DNA from: a virus
Taxonomy: Duplodnaviria > Caudoviricetes
DNA length: 53,475 bases
IMG/VR virus record: IMGVR_UViG_3300045801_000004
Span: 1 to 53,475 of that record
Strand: one strand, 5' to 3'
The stretch's first letter is position 1; each line of letters starts with the position of its first letter. Below, in pieces: positions 7,750-16,906 of the stretch. A program made the position numbers and the translations under genes. The notes beneath the pieces are model-generated. The model ran no database searches. It had not been told where the DNA came from and saw only the letters and a list, made by a program, of their open reading frames with translations.

Positions 7750-10130
7750 GCGCCATGCCGGGTTTGGGAAATGCGAACCTGCGGTTGGTGCCGACCCCGG
7801 ACGACGCCGATCCGAAGCCCGAAATCATCGTAGAGATGGACCCCGGCCCCGAAGATCAGCCGGAAATTGATGAGCGCGGCAACATCCTGAAAATCGTTCA
7901 CGGCGACGGCTCCGTATCCGTGTCGCTGGACGGCTCTGGACTCGGCAAAGTCGATTCCGCGCTTGCGCCGCTGGAATGGTACGACAATCTGGCGGATCGC
8001 ATTGACGAGGACGAGCTCAGCCGCATCGCCGAGGATCTGCTGCAAGGGATTTCGGACGATTTGCTGTCGCGCAAAGAATGGATTGAAGATCGCGCGCACG
8101 GCATGAAGTTGCTGGGCCTCAAAATTGAACTTCCGAACACGCAAGGGTCCGCCGACGGAGCACCCGTTGAGGGCATGTCGAAAGTCCGGCATCCCTTATT
8201 GCTTGAAGCAGTTCTGCGGTTCCAAGCGAACGCACGCAGCGAGTTGCTGCCGACCGATGGGCCAGTGAAGATCCGAAACGACGCCAATCAGACGAGCGCC
8301 GAACTGGATCAGTTGGCGAACGCGCTGGAACGCGACATGAATCATTACCTGACGGCGGTCGCGACCGAATACTACCCCGACACGGATCGTATGTTGTTCA
8401 TGGCGGGATTTGGCGGCGACGGGTTTAAGAAAGTGTATTTCTGTCCGCTGCGCAATCGCCCCGTATCGGAATCCGTTGATGCCGATGACCTGATCGTGAA
8501 TCAGTCGGCGACGGACATCGCGAATGCAAGCCGCGTCACGCACAAAACCATGATCCGCCCTTCAACCGTGAAGCGTTTGCAAATCATGGGCGTGTATCGC
8601 GATGTAGAATTGGGCGATGCGATGATGCAGGAGCTGGACGCGCTGCAAGAGGAAGAAAAAGCGCAGCAGGGCATTCGCGATGACTCCATGCAGCGCCCGC
8701 AGAATCGCGAGCGACTCGTATACGAGTGCTATTGCGAGCTCAATATTCGCGGGTTTGAGCACAAGATCGACGGCAAGGAAACCGGGCTAGACATCCCGTA
8801 TGTCGTGACCATTGACAAATCCAGCCGCAAGATCCTTGCCATCACGCGCAATTTCCACGAACTGGACGAGAGGTTGCCTACCGCGCATAAGCGGTTTGTC
8901 AAGTTCCCGTTTGTGCCGGGGATCGGTTTTTATGGCATTGGGCTTTTGCATATTTTGGGAAACACGACGAACGCCGTGACGGCTGCGTGGCGCGAGATGC
9001 TGGATAACGGCATGTTCGCGAATTTTCCTGGCTTTCTGATCGCGAAATCCGGCACGCGCCAGAATACGAACGTGTTTCGCGTCCCCCCAGGCGGCGGCGC
9101 GTCGGTCGATACGCAAGGCATGCCCATCGGGCAAGCCGTCTCGCCGCTGCCGTATGAAACGGCGCACATGGGGCCGATGATGCAGCTTGTCGATAACATG
9201 GTCGAAACCGGCCGGCGCATCGGCGGCACGGCGGAAGTCCAAGTCGGCGAAGGCCGCGCGGACGTACCGGTTGGCACCACGATGGCGATGATTGAGCAGG
9301 CCATCAAAGTCATGAACGCGGTGCATAAACGCATGCACGCGGCGCAGGCCGAAGAATTCCAGTTGCTGAAAGCGGTATTCAAAGATCACCCGGAGAGTTT
9401 CTACGCGCGGCCGTGCAAGTCCAAAACCGCATGGGACAAGCAGAAATTCTTGGACGCGCTCAACAATTGCGATCTGGTGCCGCAAGCCGACCCGAACACG
9501 TCCAGCAGCGGTCAGCGGCTCATGAAAGTGGTCGCCTTGAAACAATTACAATCCGCCTCCCCGAATCTGTACGATCCGATCAAGGTCGATTCCGCCGCCC
9601 TCTCCGCGATTGGCTGGCCAAATCCTGACGAATTCTTCGTGCCCCCAGCCGCTCGAGCCGCGCCGCCGCCGCAGTTGCAGCAGATGCAGGCCGAAATGGC
9701 GAACGACAAAGCTGCCGCGCAGGCCAAAGTCACGGAAGCCAATGCGCGCGCCGCCGAGGCGAAGGCCAAAGCCGCCGACGTGCAGGCGAAGATCGACACT
9801 GGGCACTACGGGCAAAAGCCGGAGGGATTGCAAAGCGCCGACACTCAGCAGGTAGATACGCCCGTCGATCAAGCGTTGGCGCAGGCGAAGATACTGGACT
9901 CGCACACGCGAGCGCGCGACGTGGCGTTGAAAGAAAAAATGGCCGAAGTCGAAAACAAGAACCGCGATCAAGACCGAACTGCCAAGGAAAAGGACGCTGC
10001 GATTCGGCTGGCAAGCGACGTGATCCGCTCGCCGACGACCGAAACCGGCAAGCAAGTGGACGTGTCCGGCGCAGGCAAGAAAGCAAACGCGATTATTAAG
10101 GAAGTGGATAAGGGGATCGACAATGGCTGA
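7746..10130 (+). CDS. Portal protein (P22-like family)
   Basis: 794 aa after TerL; HPLLLEAVLRFQA, GFKKVY, PGIGFYGIGL, PVGTTMA, coiled-coil C-terminal barrel. Confidence 0.93.
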   Translation: MSAMPGLGNANLRLVPTPDDADPKPEIIVEMDPGPEDQPEIDERGNILKIVHGDGSVSVSLDGSGLGKVDSALAPLEWYDNLADRIDEDELSRIAEDLLQGISDDLLSRKEWIEDRAHGMKLLGLKIELPNTQGSADGAPVEGMSKVRHPLLLEAVLRFQANARSELLPTDGPVKIRNDANQTSAELDQLANALERDMNHYLTAVATEYYPDTDRMLFMAGFGGDGFKKVYFCPLRNRPVSESVDADDLIVNQSATDIANASRVTHKTMIRPSTVKRLQIMGVYRDVELGDAMMQELDALQEEEKAQQGIRDDSMQRPQNRERLVYECYCELNIRGFEHKIDGKETGLDIPYVVTIDKSSRKILAITRNFHELDERLPTAHKRFVKFPFVPGIGFYGIGLLHILGNTTNAVTAAWREMLDNGMFANFPGFLIAKSGTRQNTNVFRVPPGGGASVDTQGMPIGQAVSPLPYETAHMGPMMQLVDNMVETGRRIGGTAEVQVGEGRADVPVGTTMAMIEQAIKVMNAVHKRMHAAQAEEFQLLKAVFKDHPESFYARPCKSKTAWDKQKFLDALNNCDLVPQADPNTSSSGQRLMKVVALKQLQSASPNLYDPIKVDSAALSAIGWPNPDEFFVPPAARAAPPPQLQQMQAEMANDKAAAQAKVTEANARAAEAKAKAADVQAKIDTGHYGQKPEGLQSADTQQVDTPVDQALAQAKILDSHTRARDVALKEKMAEVENKNRDQDRTAKEKDAAIRLASDVIRSPTTETGKQVDVSGAGKKANAIIKEVDKGIDNG

Positions 10131-10509
10131 CGGCACGCCGGAGCAAGTTTTACTAAAAGCGCTATCCGACATCAAAGAAAAACATCCCGTGGACGGCGAG
10201 TTAATTGTTTGCTGGTACAGCAACAATGATCACGGCGAACAGACTTTGCGCTATTACTATGCGACGAGCGAAAATCGTGACTCAGGCAAATCCATGACGG
10301 CATTGCTGTCGGATATGGATTTTGAGTACCACATAAACCGCCGATCTATTTTTGGCCGACAAAAAACGGACGTGGTGTATTGCGGAATCGCCGGATACGA
10401 TGTTGCCGCAACCGCCGAATCTCCCGCCCCGGCCAAAGTGTACGAATTGAAGCTGGCGGACACCAATCCTCCGACTGATCCGCTTGCAACTATTACACGC
10501 CGGGTGTAA
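10123..10509 (+). CDS. Hypothetical protein (moron-like)
   Basis: Overlaps the portal stop; SD AAGGGG. Confidence 0.6.
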   Translation: MADGTPEQVLLKALSDIKEKHPVDGELIVCWYSNNDHGEQTLRYYYATSENRDSGKSMTALLSDMDFEYHINRRSIFGRQKTDVVYCGIAGYDVAATAESPAPAKVYELKLADTNPPTDPLATITRRV

Positions 10510-10512
10510 GTT
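10484..10512 (+). promoter_or_regulatory. Sigma70-type promoter with spacer palindrome; probably leaderless
   Basis: TTGCAA(10484-89)-17 bp-TAAGTT(10507-12); TTACAC-N5-GTGTAA at 10493-10509; ATG at 10520 with no SD. Confidence 0.55.
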
Positions 10513-10519
10513 CCACAAT

Positions 10520-11362
10520 ATGAGCGAATTGTCCGAACGTTCCCGCGCCCGCGCCAAAGAGAAAGTTGAGCGTATCACACGCTCTAACACGGGCAAGATT
10601 GACGCCTCCGGCTGGACCGAGCCGCTGGGCGAAAAAGGTGGCGTTCAGACCGGCATGCGCGTGATTTCGCGCCGCGCCTACCGCGCTGGCGGCAAAGTTC
10701 ATGGCGCCAAAGCCGTCAAGCGCGCCGACCGCAAGCCGCGCATGAGCGGCGGCCCGTTGGTCGATGATCTTGCGAACGTGGATATGAAGAAGGCCAACGG
10801 ATTCCGCGACGGCGAAAAGCACGAAGGCGGATTGAAAGCCGGTGGCCGCGCCAAGAAATTCGTCGGTGGCCCGATGGCGGGCCGGCCGATGCCGATTCGC
10901 CCTCAAATGCGCCCTGCCGGCCGCCCCATGATGCGCGCCGCTGGTGGCAAGACCGAGAAGCATGACGCATCCTGCGCGTGTTCAATGTGCCACGGCGGCC
11001 GTACCGGCAAAGCCAAGGGCGGCGAAATCGTCGCCGACGGCAAGCTAGAAGGCACGCGCCCCATTGGCGGTCGGCTCGCTCGCGCGAAGGGCGGCAGCGC
11101 CAAGAAGGGCATGAACGTCAATATCATCATTGCTCCCCCGCAAGCGAAACCCGCAATGCCGATACCGCCTCCCAGCATGCCGCCCGGTGGTCCGCCGGGA
11201 CTGCATCAAGCACCGCCGCCGATGCCGCCCGCTGGCGCTCCGGCGCCTCAGGGCGCGATGCCGCCGCCGCAAATGCGCAAAGCCGGCGGCCGCACCTATC
11301 CGCTTGACGCGGGTGGCGGCGGTGCGCGTGGTCGACTAGAGAAGCGCGCCGCCTACGGCTAA
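10520..11362 (+). CDS. Basic, Pro-rich, xxGG-repeat virion protein
   Basis: About ten xxGG motifs (YRAGG, RMSGG, LKAGG, FVGG, RAAGG, AKGG, RKAGG); low complexity. Confidence 0.8.
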   Translation: MSELSERSRARAKEKVERITRSNTGKIDASGWTEPLGEKGGVQTGMRVISRRAYRAGGKVHGAKAVKRADRKPRMSGGPLVDDLANVDMKKANGFRDGEKHEGGLKAGGRAKKFVGGPMAGRPMPIRPQMRPAGRPMMRAAGGKTEKHDASCACSMCHGGRTGKAKGGEIVADGKLEGTRPIGGRLARAKGGSAKKGMNVNIIIAPPQAKPAMPIPPPSMPPGGPPGLHQAPPPMPPAGAPAPQGAMPPPQMRKAGGRTYPLDAGGGGARGRLEKRAAYG

Positions 11363-11565
11363 TGCCCGCGCCGCAATCTCATTTTGAGGCTGAATTGCAG
11401 CAATTGGTCGCTGAAGAAATCGCGCGACTGCAAGCCAATTTACAAGCGCCGGGAACCATCCAATCCTATGACGAATTTCGCTATGTCGTGGGGCAAATCA
11501 ACGCGCTGGATCGCGTCGTGAACAACTACTGCGACGAAGCCAACACCCTAGCCGCCAAGAGGTAA
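11362..11565 (+). CDS. Small head-module protein
   Basis: TAATG coupling; SYDEFRYVVGQI motif of the type found before phage GroES genes. Confidence 0.75.
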   Translation: MPAPQSHFEAELQQLVAEEIARLQANLQAPGTIQSYDEFRYVVGQINALDRVVNNYCDEANTLAAKR

Positions 11566-11568
11566 TGC

Positions 11569-12009
11569 ATGCCATCCGCCTTGAAAAAGCCCACTACGGG
11601 CGAGCCCGATCCGAAACAAGAAATTCTTGACCGACTGGGCGATCTAGAACATTTTGAAATCGCGCAGAACGAAGTGCTGATCGCGATTTATCGCCGCCCC
11701 GAAAAAACCGCTGGCGGCATCATCCTCACGCACAACAGTTTGAAAGAGGATCTGTACCAAGGCAAAGTTGGCCTCGTCGTCAAGATCGGCTCCGCGTGCC
11801 AATTCGTGCGTACCGACGCCAAAACCGGCATCACCTATGGCATTCCGATTGCGTTGCATGACTGGGTTGTGGTGCGGCCGTCCGATTCGTGGGCGCTGGA
11901 TGTCAACGGCGACCCCAATACGCTCAAGCGAGAGGATTTCGTACCGTGCCGACTCGTGTATGACGATCAAATTCGCGGCAAAGTCGCTAACCCGCAGGTG
12001 GTGTGGTAA
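11569..12009 (+). CDS. groES: GroES/Cpn10-like co-chaperonin
   Basis: VLIAIYRRPEKTAGGIILT...GKVGLVVKIG...DWVVV...RLVYDDQIRGKV. Confidence 0.85.
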   Translation: MPSALKKPTTGEPDPKQEILDRLGDLEHFEIAQNEVLIAIYRRPEKTAGGIILTHNSLKEDLYQGKVGLVVKIGSACQFVRTDAKTGITYGIPIALHDWVVVRPSDSWALDVNGDPNTLKREDFVPCRLVYDDQIRGKVANPQVVW

Positions 12010-12011
12010 CC

Positions 12012-12917
12012 ATGTCGGCCACCGCAGACGCCATTGAGATCGAATTGGACGCCTCCGACACCATCAGCACGGCAACGCTGGCGGGTGAAGCAGAAATTGA
12101 AGTCACGCCACCCGAAAAAGAACCCAAACCGGTCGCCAAAACCGTCGTAGACCCCGAAGAAGGGATCGCGAAGCTGCAAAAACAGCTCGCGGACGAGCGC
12201 GCGGCTCGAGAAGAAGCGCAGCGGAACGCCGAAATCGCCTCCCAAGCCGAGGTCAAAGCGCGTACTGAGGTCCAAACCACGCAACTGGACCTTGTAAAAA
12301 ATGCAATTTCGCAAATTACGGCGCAAAAAGCCGCGTTGAAGCAACAATACGCCGCCGCCGCCGCCTCTGGCGACTGGGACGCCGCCGCCGAGGCGCAATC
12401 GCAGATGGCGGACGCCGCTGCGCAATTGACGCAGTTGGAAGCGGGCCGAAAACAGATGGAAAAGGCCCCAAAGCCCGAACCTATCGTGATGTCGGACCCC
12501 GTAGAGCAGTTGGCGAGCCGCGTCTCGCCGCCGTCGGCCGCGTGGCTCCGCGCGCATCCCGACATGGTGCGCGATCCGGTCAAGAATCGCCGCATGATCC
12601 GCGCCGCCGAAGATGCGGTGGACGAAGGTATCGCGCCGGACTCGCCGGAGTATTTTGCTTACGTCGAAAAACGTCTCGGCATCGGCCAAACGACGCAAGC
12701 GGACGATTCGGCGCTATCGCAAGCCGCCGCGCCCAAGACTCAGCGCACCGCGCCCGCATCTGCGCCCGTGTCGCGCTCCGGCAACGGCGCCGCGCCCCGG
12801 TCGAACGTCGTCACATTGACCGCTGAAGAACGCGAAATGGCATCCATCATGGGCATGTCGGACAAGGAATATGCCCAGAACAAGATCGCGCTCAAGCGCG
12901 AAGGTAAGCTCAATTGA
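12012..12917 (+). CDS. Capsid scaffolding protein
   Basis: Acidic N-terminus, coiled coil, C-terminal VTLTAEEREMASIMGMSDKEYA. Confidence 0.8.
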   Translation: MSATADAIEIELDASDTISTATLAGEAEIEVTPPEKEPKPVAKTVVDPEEGIAKLQKQLADERAAREEAQRNAEIASQAEVKARTEVQTTQLDLVKNAISQITAQKAALKQQYAAAAASGDWDAAAEAQSQMADAAAQLTQLEAGRKQMEKAPKPEPIVMSDPVEQLASRVSPPSAAWLRAHPDMVRDPVKNRRMIRAAEDAVDEGIAPDSPEYFAYVEKRLGIGQTTQADDSALSQAAAPKTQRTAPASAPVSRSGNGAAPRSNVVTLTAEEREMASIMGMSDKEYAQNKIALKREGKLN

Positions 12918-12950
12918 TCGGTTTCAAGGTCAATGCCGCGCATCCACGCG

Positions 12951-13053
12951 GCCAGGGTCTTAGTCATGCCGTCACCCTGGCATCGAAAGTAACCATGACT
13001 GCCGGCGGCGGGTTGCGCGTTCCCACGCATCCTCCCTTGCTCGCGTGGCCGGC
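12951..13053 (+). ncRNA. Candidate structured RNA (H-type pseudoknot plus hairpin)
   Basis: GCCAGGGT(12951-58)/ACCCTGGC(12974-81) crosses AGTCATG(12962-68)/CATGACT(12994-13000); GCCGGC-closed stem at 13001-13053. Confidence 0.4.
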
Positions 13054-13072
13054 CACTATTTAGGAGATTCCC

Positions 13073-13672
13073 ATGCCGAACGAAGATCTGTTGATTGGCG
13101 ACGCGCCCCGCAAGAAAGGGCCGCACGCGCCGTTGCCGTCCCCGCAAGTCGCCGCAGAGCCGGAACCGATGGCGGAAATCCAGTACGCCGAGGAAAGCCC
13201 GCGCGCTCGAGCCGCGCGGCGTGCGGCGGAACTTCGCAATCATCGCAACGACGATTTTGAGGCCAACGACAAGTTCGCCATCGACCCGCGCATCATTCCC
13301 GATGGCTGGACGTACCAGTGGAAATTGGCATCGGTTCTCGGTCAATCGCTGCCATCCTACGAAATGCGCCGCAACGCCGGCGGTTGGGACCCGGTGCCTC
13401 TATCGCGCCATCCCGAACTCATGCCCAAGGACTGGAAGGGCAACACCATTGAGATGGAAGGCCAGATCCTGTGCGAGCGGCCCATTGAGATTGAGCAGGA
13501 CGCGCAATTACGCGAGAAGCGCAAAGCGAACGAGCTCGTCGGTCGTAAGGAGCGCGAGGTTACGCAAGCGCCAGCGGGTCAAACATCGCCGTTTGCGAAC
13601 ACGAACAAAGGCGATCCGATCAATATCGGCATTCGCAAGTCGTACTCACCGATGGCGATTCCGAAAGAATGA
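13073..13672 (+). CDS. Head-module protein of unknown function
   Basis: SD TAGGAG; IPDGWTYQWK..GWDPV...HPELMP...ILCERP. Confidence 0.85.
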   Translation: MPNEDLLIGDAPRKKGPHAPLPSPQVAAEPEPMAEIQYAEESPRARAARRAAELRNHRNDDFEANDKFAIDPRIIPDGWTYQWKLASVLGQSLPSYEMRRNAGGWDPVPLSRHPELMPKDWKGNTIEMEGQILCERPIEIEQDAQLREKRKANELVGRKEREVTQAPAGQTSPFANTNKGDPINIGIRKSYSPMAIPKE

Positions 13673-13818
13673 TCCCGCCCGATGAGCGCCAGAAAGTGCG
13701 GCTTGCGCTCGCCGCGCTGTTCATTGCGGCAACCATCGTGCGCGAGAAACCCACCGATGCAGTCGTGACGGATTCTCTTGCGCTCGCCGATGCGTTGCTG
13801 CGGGCAACGCCGCTGTGA
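13669..13818 (+). CDS. Small hypothetical protein (49 aa)
   Basis: ATGA overlap; MIPPDERQKVRLALAALF...ALADALLRATPL. Confidence 0.5.
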   Translation: MIPPDERQKVRLALAALFIAATIVREKPTDAVVTDSLALADALLRATPL

Positions 13819-13928
13819 TGCTGGTGCTATGCGCGGACTGCGAGCGACGGCCGCATATGCTGGGGCATATCCTGTGTCTCGCGTGCTTCCGTGACGCGGG
13901 CGGATATTTTTCTTTCGGCAACGCTTGA
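13818..13928 (+). CDS. Small CxxC-CxxC zinc-finger protein (36 aa)
   Basis: TGATG overlap; LCADCERRPHMLGHILCLAC. Confidence 0.45.
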   Translation: MLVLCADCERRPHMLGHILCLACFRDAGGYFSFGNA

Positions 13929-14054
13929 CATTTGAATTTCGTTAGTTTGTAATCCTTACAACCTCTCAGCTCGGCGCTGAGTTTTGATTACGAGATTGTT
14001 GGGTCTAGTGCCCCCGGTGGCGCATGACGACTCCAGATCAGGAGTTCCGTCATG
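13925..14054 (+). promoter_or_regulatory. Late promoter and structured 5' leader
   Basis: TTGACA at 13925-30 with an imperfect -10 (TGTAAT, 17 bp spacer). Hairpin CTCAGC/GCTGAG followed by T4. Hairpin 14023-14054 pairs the SD and AUG. Confidence 0.55.
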
Positions 14055-14960
14055 GCGAACACTTCAGCGCCGAATGGCTTTCTGCAATACAACGCGACTG
14101 GCGTCACGCCGACGTTTGAGCAAACCCAAGCCGCAATCTCGTCATCCAGCACCGTTCCGGTGTACTTCGGTGATCCGGTTGTGCAGGCCGCCAGCGCCAC
14201 GGGCATTGGCACCGGTTATATTACCCAAGGTTACTATCCGGTCCCGCTGACCATCAGCGGTATCGTGGTCACGAACGGCACCGCCGTCGCGACGTTCACG
14301 GCGGTCGTGTCCAACGTGCCGACTTCGCCAAACGCATGGGCACCCCCGGTCGGCTCCATCATCAATTTCACCGGTACGTCGTTCGCCACGGGCGGCGGCA
14401 TCAACCAAGGCTATACGGTCACCGCGTCCACCACGACCACGGCGACGTTCAGCGTGCCTGGCGCGTTCTCCAGCACCTTCACCTTCGGCACCGCGACGAT
14501 CTACGTGCCGGTCGCTGGCATTTTCGCCGGCTGCAAATATCTCTCCATCGGTCAGAAGCGCACCGTCTGGTCGAACTACTACCAAGGTTCGGACAGCAAT
14601 ACGTCGCAGGCCGTGACCGCCTACGTGATCAGCTCGCCGCAATCGCAGTTCAACGTGCAGACCGCGAACAGCAACACCGCCGCAACCGCCGTCGGTTTTG
14701 CGAACATCGGCCAGAACATCGGTTGGAACTACGGCGCGACGAACGGCAACATTTACACCGGATTGTCCACGGCCTACGCCGACCAGTACACCATTGCCGC
14801 AAACCCGTACCTGCCGTTCCGCATCATCGGGTTGCTCAATTACACCCCGGACGGCTCAAATCCGCTGCAAGGTGTAAACGGCAACGACTACACCACGGCA
14901 TATAACCGAATCATCGTCGGTTGGAATAACGCCATGTTCAACCAATTGGCAGGCGTGTAA
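14052..14960 (+). CDS. Capsid-associated (decoration/cement-like) protein
   Basis: Immediately upstream of the capsid gene; MANTSAPNGF, YFGDPV, GIFAGCKYLS. Confidence 0.75.
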   Translation: MANTSAPNGFLQYNATGVTPTFEQTQAAISSSSTVPVYFGDPVVQAASATGIGTGYITQGYYPVPLTISGIVVTNGTAVATFTAVVSNVPTSPNAWAPPVGSIINFTGTSFATGGGINQGYTVTASTTTTATFSVPGAFSSTFTFGTATIYVPVAGIFAGCKYLSIGQKRTVWSNYYQGSDSNTSQAVTAYVISSPQSQFNVQTANSNTAATAVGFANIGQNIGWNYGATNGNIYTGLSTAYADQYTIAANPYLPFRIIGLLNYTPDGSNPLQGVNGNDYTTAYNRIIVGWNNAMFNQLAGV

Positions 14961-14971
14961 GGAGCTAAGTC

Positions 14972-15886
14972 ATGGCGATTAATCTTTCAGCGATCAAAGA
15001 CCTCCTTCTGCCGGGACTCCGTGGTATCACGGGCAAGTACGAGCAGATTCCGAGCCAGTACGACAAGGTATTCACCAAGTTTGACTCCAAACTTGCGCTT
15101 GAGCGTACCGCTGAAATGCGCTACCTGCCGCTTGCGCAGTTGAAGTCGGAAGGCGGACAGACCGCATTCGACAACTTGGCCGGTGAAAGGTACGTGTACA
15201 ACCAAGAGCACACGGAAATCGGCCTAGGCTACGCGATCACGCGCAAAGCGATTGACGATAACCTTTACAAGACCCAGTTCCATCCGTCGAACCTTGGCCT
15301 GATGGAGTCGTTTCACCAAACGATGGAAATCTACGCGGCGACCGTACTCAACAACGCGCAGACCTATAACGCGAACGTTGGCGGCGACGGCGTGGCGCTC
15401 TGCTCGACCGCGCACCCGATTGATGGCGCAACGTTCGCCAACACGTTCGCGACACAGGTCGACCTCAACGAAGCGACGTTGCTTGCCGGCATGGTCAACG
15501 TTCGCACGAACTTCAAGGACCAAGCGAACCTCAGGATGTTTTCGCGCGCTCGCAAGCTGCTCGTGCCGCCGACGCTGGAGCCGGTCGCGATTCGCTTGAC
15601 CAAGACCGAACTGCGTCCTGGCACGGCGGACAACGACGTGAACGCGATCCTCTCGACCGCTGGTGGCCTGTCCGAAGGCTACATGGTCATGGACTTCCTC
15701 ACGTCCAACTTCGCGTGGTTCTTGCTCACGAACGTTGCCGGTTTGGCGTACATGAATCGCGTACCGTTTGAGACGGATATGCAGGTGGACTTCGTGACTG
15801 ATAACCTTTTAGTCAAGGCCTACCAGCGCTATAGTTTTAGCTACTTCAATCCCCGCGCCATCTATGGTGCGTTCCCGACTTCGTAA
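14972..15886 (+). CDS. Major capsid protein (Mu gpT-like family)
   Basis: LLLPGL, GYAITRKAIDDNLY, GGDGVAL.STAHP, KLLVPP.L, DFLTSNFAWFL, RYSFSYFNPRAIYG; strong SD AAGGAG. Confidence 0.93.
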   Translation: MAINLSAIKDLLLPGLRGITGKYEQIPSQYDKVFTKFDSKLALERTAEMRYLPLAQLKSEGGQTAFDNLAGERYVYNQEHTEIGLGYAITRKAIDDNLYKTQFHPSNLGLMESFHQTMEIYAATVLNNAQTYNANVGGDGVALCSTAHPIDGATFANTFATQVDLNEATLLAGMVNVRTNFKDQANLRMFSRARKLLVPPTLEPVAIRLTKTELRPGTADNDVNAILSTAGGLSEGYMVMDFLTSNFAWFLLTNVAGLAYMNRVPFETDMQVDFVTDNLLVKAYQRYSFSYFNPRAIYGAFPTS

Positions 15887-15900
15887 TCGAGGACTAAATA

Positions 15901-16437
15901 ATGTCCGATATTAACGGCGGTCAAAGTCCTAACCCTCCAGGCAGCCCGATTTTTCCGGGCACCCTGTTCACCGGCCCTGTGCTGAGCGGCAACATCGTCC
16001 ACAGCGACGGCTCGGGCGCGTTGGCGGCACTCGGCGAGACAAACACCGGCACCGCGAACGTGGGCTATTGCCAAGCGGTGCAAACCGCTGCGGGCATCAC
16101 GTCGGCGGGTGGCACGTCGGTCACTACCAGCATTGTGGTTCCGGCGCAGAGCCAGATCACCGACATTTACTTGATGGTGACGACCGCGCAAACGTCGGGC
16201 ACGTTCAGCATCGGCACCACCGCAGGCGGCGCGACGGCGCTCACGAATTCCGTCACGGGGCTGGGCACAATTCAGCAACTTTCCGCCACAATCGTCCCAT
16301 CGACGGGTCCGCAGGCGCTTCTGTGGGACAACGTGGGCAATACCGACGTGCAGATCACGATCACATTCAATGCGACGGGCGCTTTTGTTGGCACTCTGTC
16401 GGTGTTCTACTTGCAGGGCATCAACAACATCTCTTGA
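15901..16437 (+). CDS. Capsid decoration-like beta-sandwich protein
   Basis: TLFTGPV..G, VPAQSQITDI; follows the capsid gene. Confidence 0.75.
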   Translation: MSDINGGQSPNPPGSPIFPGTLFTGPVLSGNIVHSDGSGALAALGETNTGTANVGYCQAVQTAAGITSAGGTSVTTSIVVPAQSQITDIYLMVTTAQTSGTFSIGTTAGGATALTNSVTGLGTIQQLSATIVPSTGPQALLWDNVGNTDVQITITFNATGAFVGTLSVFYLQGINNIS

Positions 16438-16456
16438 TGATTTAGGAGTCTGATTT

Positions 16457-16828
16457 ATGAAAGGTCGTAAACATCGTGAGACTGGCGGGCGTGATGACGC
16501 CGAGACGGACGTCAAGACGAAGCCGGAGAATCGCTCCAACACGGGCGAGAAAGAGGAAGGCGTCGCGAACGAAGCCGAGGAACTCAAGAAGGGCGGTCGC
16601 GCCAAGCGCAAGCATGGCGGTCGCATGAAGGAAGGCTTTGGTCCCGAGCATCAGAAAACCGAATTGAAAGCCGGCGGCAAGGCGGCGCATAAGCGCGCTG
16701 ATCGCATGCCGCGCAAGTCGGGCGGTCGCACGGGCGTCGAAGGTCAGCCGTTCACGGCGGCGCGCAAGGGCGAGGACGCACCGGGCCGCAAGCTCATGAA
16801 AGGCGAGTACGGGTTCGGCGAGGATTGA
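16457..16828 (+). CDS. Basic xxGG-repeat protein
   Basis: RETGG, LKKGG, RKHGG, LKAGG, RKSGG; SD TAGGAG. Confidence 0.8.
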   Translation: MKGRKHRETGGRDDAETDVKTKPENRSNTGEKEEGVANEAEELKKGGRAKRKHGGRMKEGFGPEHQKTELKAGGKAAHKRADRMPRKSGGRTGVEGQPFTAARKGEDAPGRKLMKGEYGFGED

Positions 16829-16861
16829 TCGGCGTCGGCCGACAATGGCCCGCATCGTCGC

Positions 16862-16888
16862 AAACGGGGCCAGCGCGGCCCCGTTTTT
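16862..16888 (+). terminator. Rho-independent terminator
   Basis: CGGGGCC-AGCGC-GGCCCCG followed by TTTTT. Confidence 0.8.
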
Positions 16889-16906
16889 GCTTGTGAGAGG
16901 TGAATT

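Noticed and set aside
12915-12992. UGA of the scaffold gene followed by UCGGUUUCAAGGUC, superficially like the fdhF SECIS
   Set aside because: Spacing and stem do not fit a bacterial SECIS, read-through adds only about 24 unremarkable residues, and the scaffold has no Cys/Sec context.
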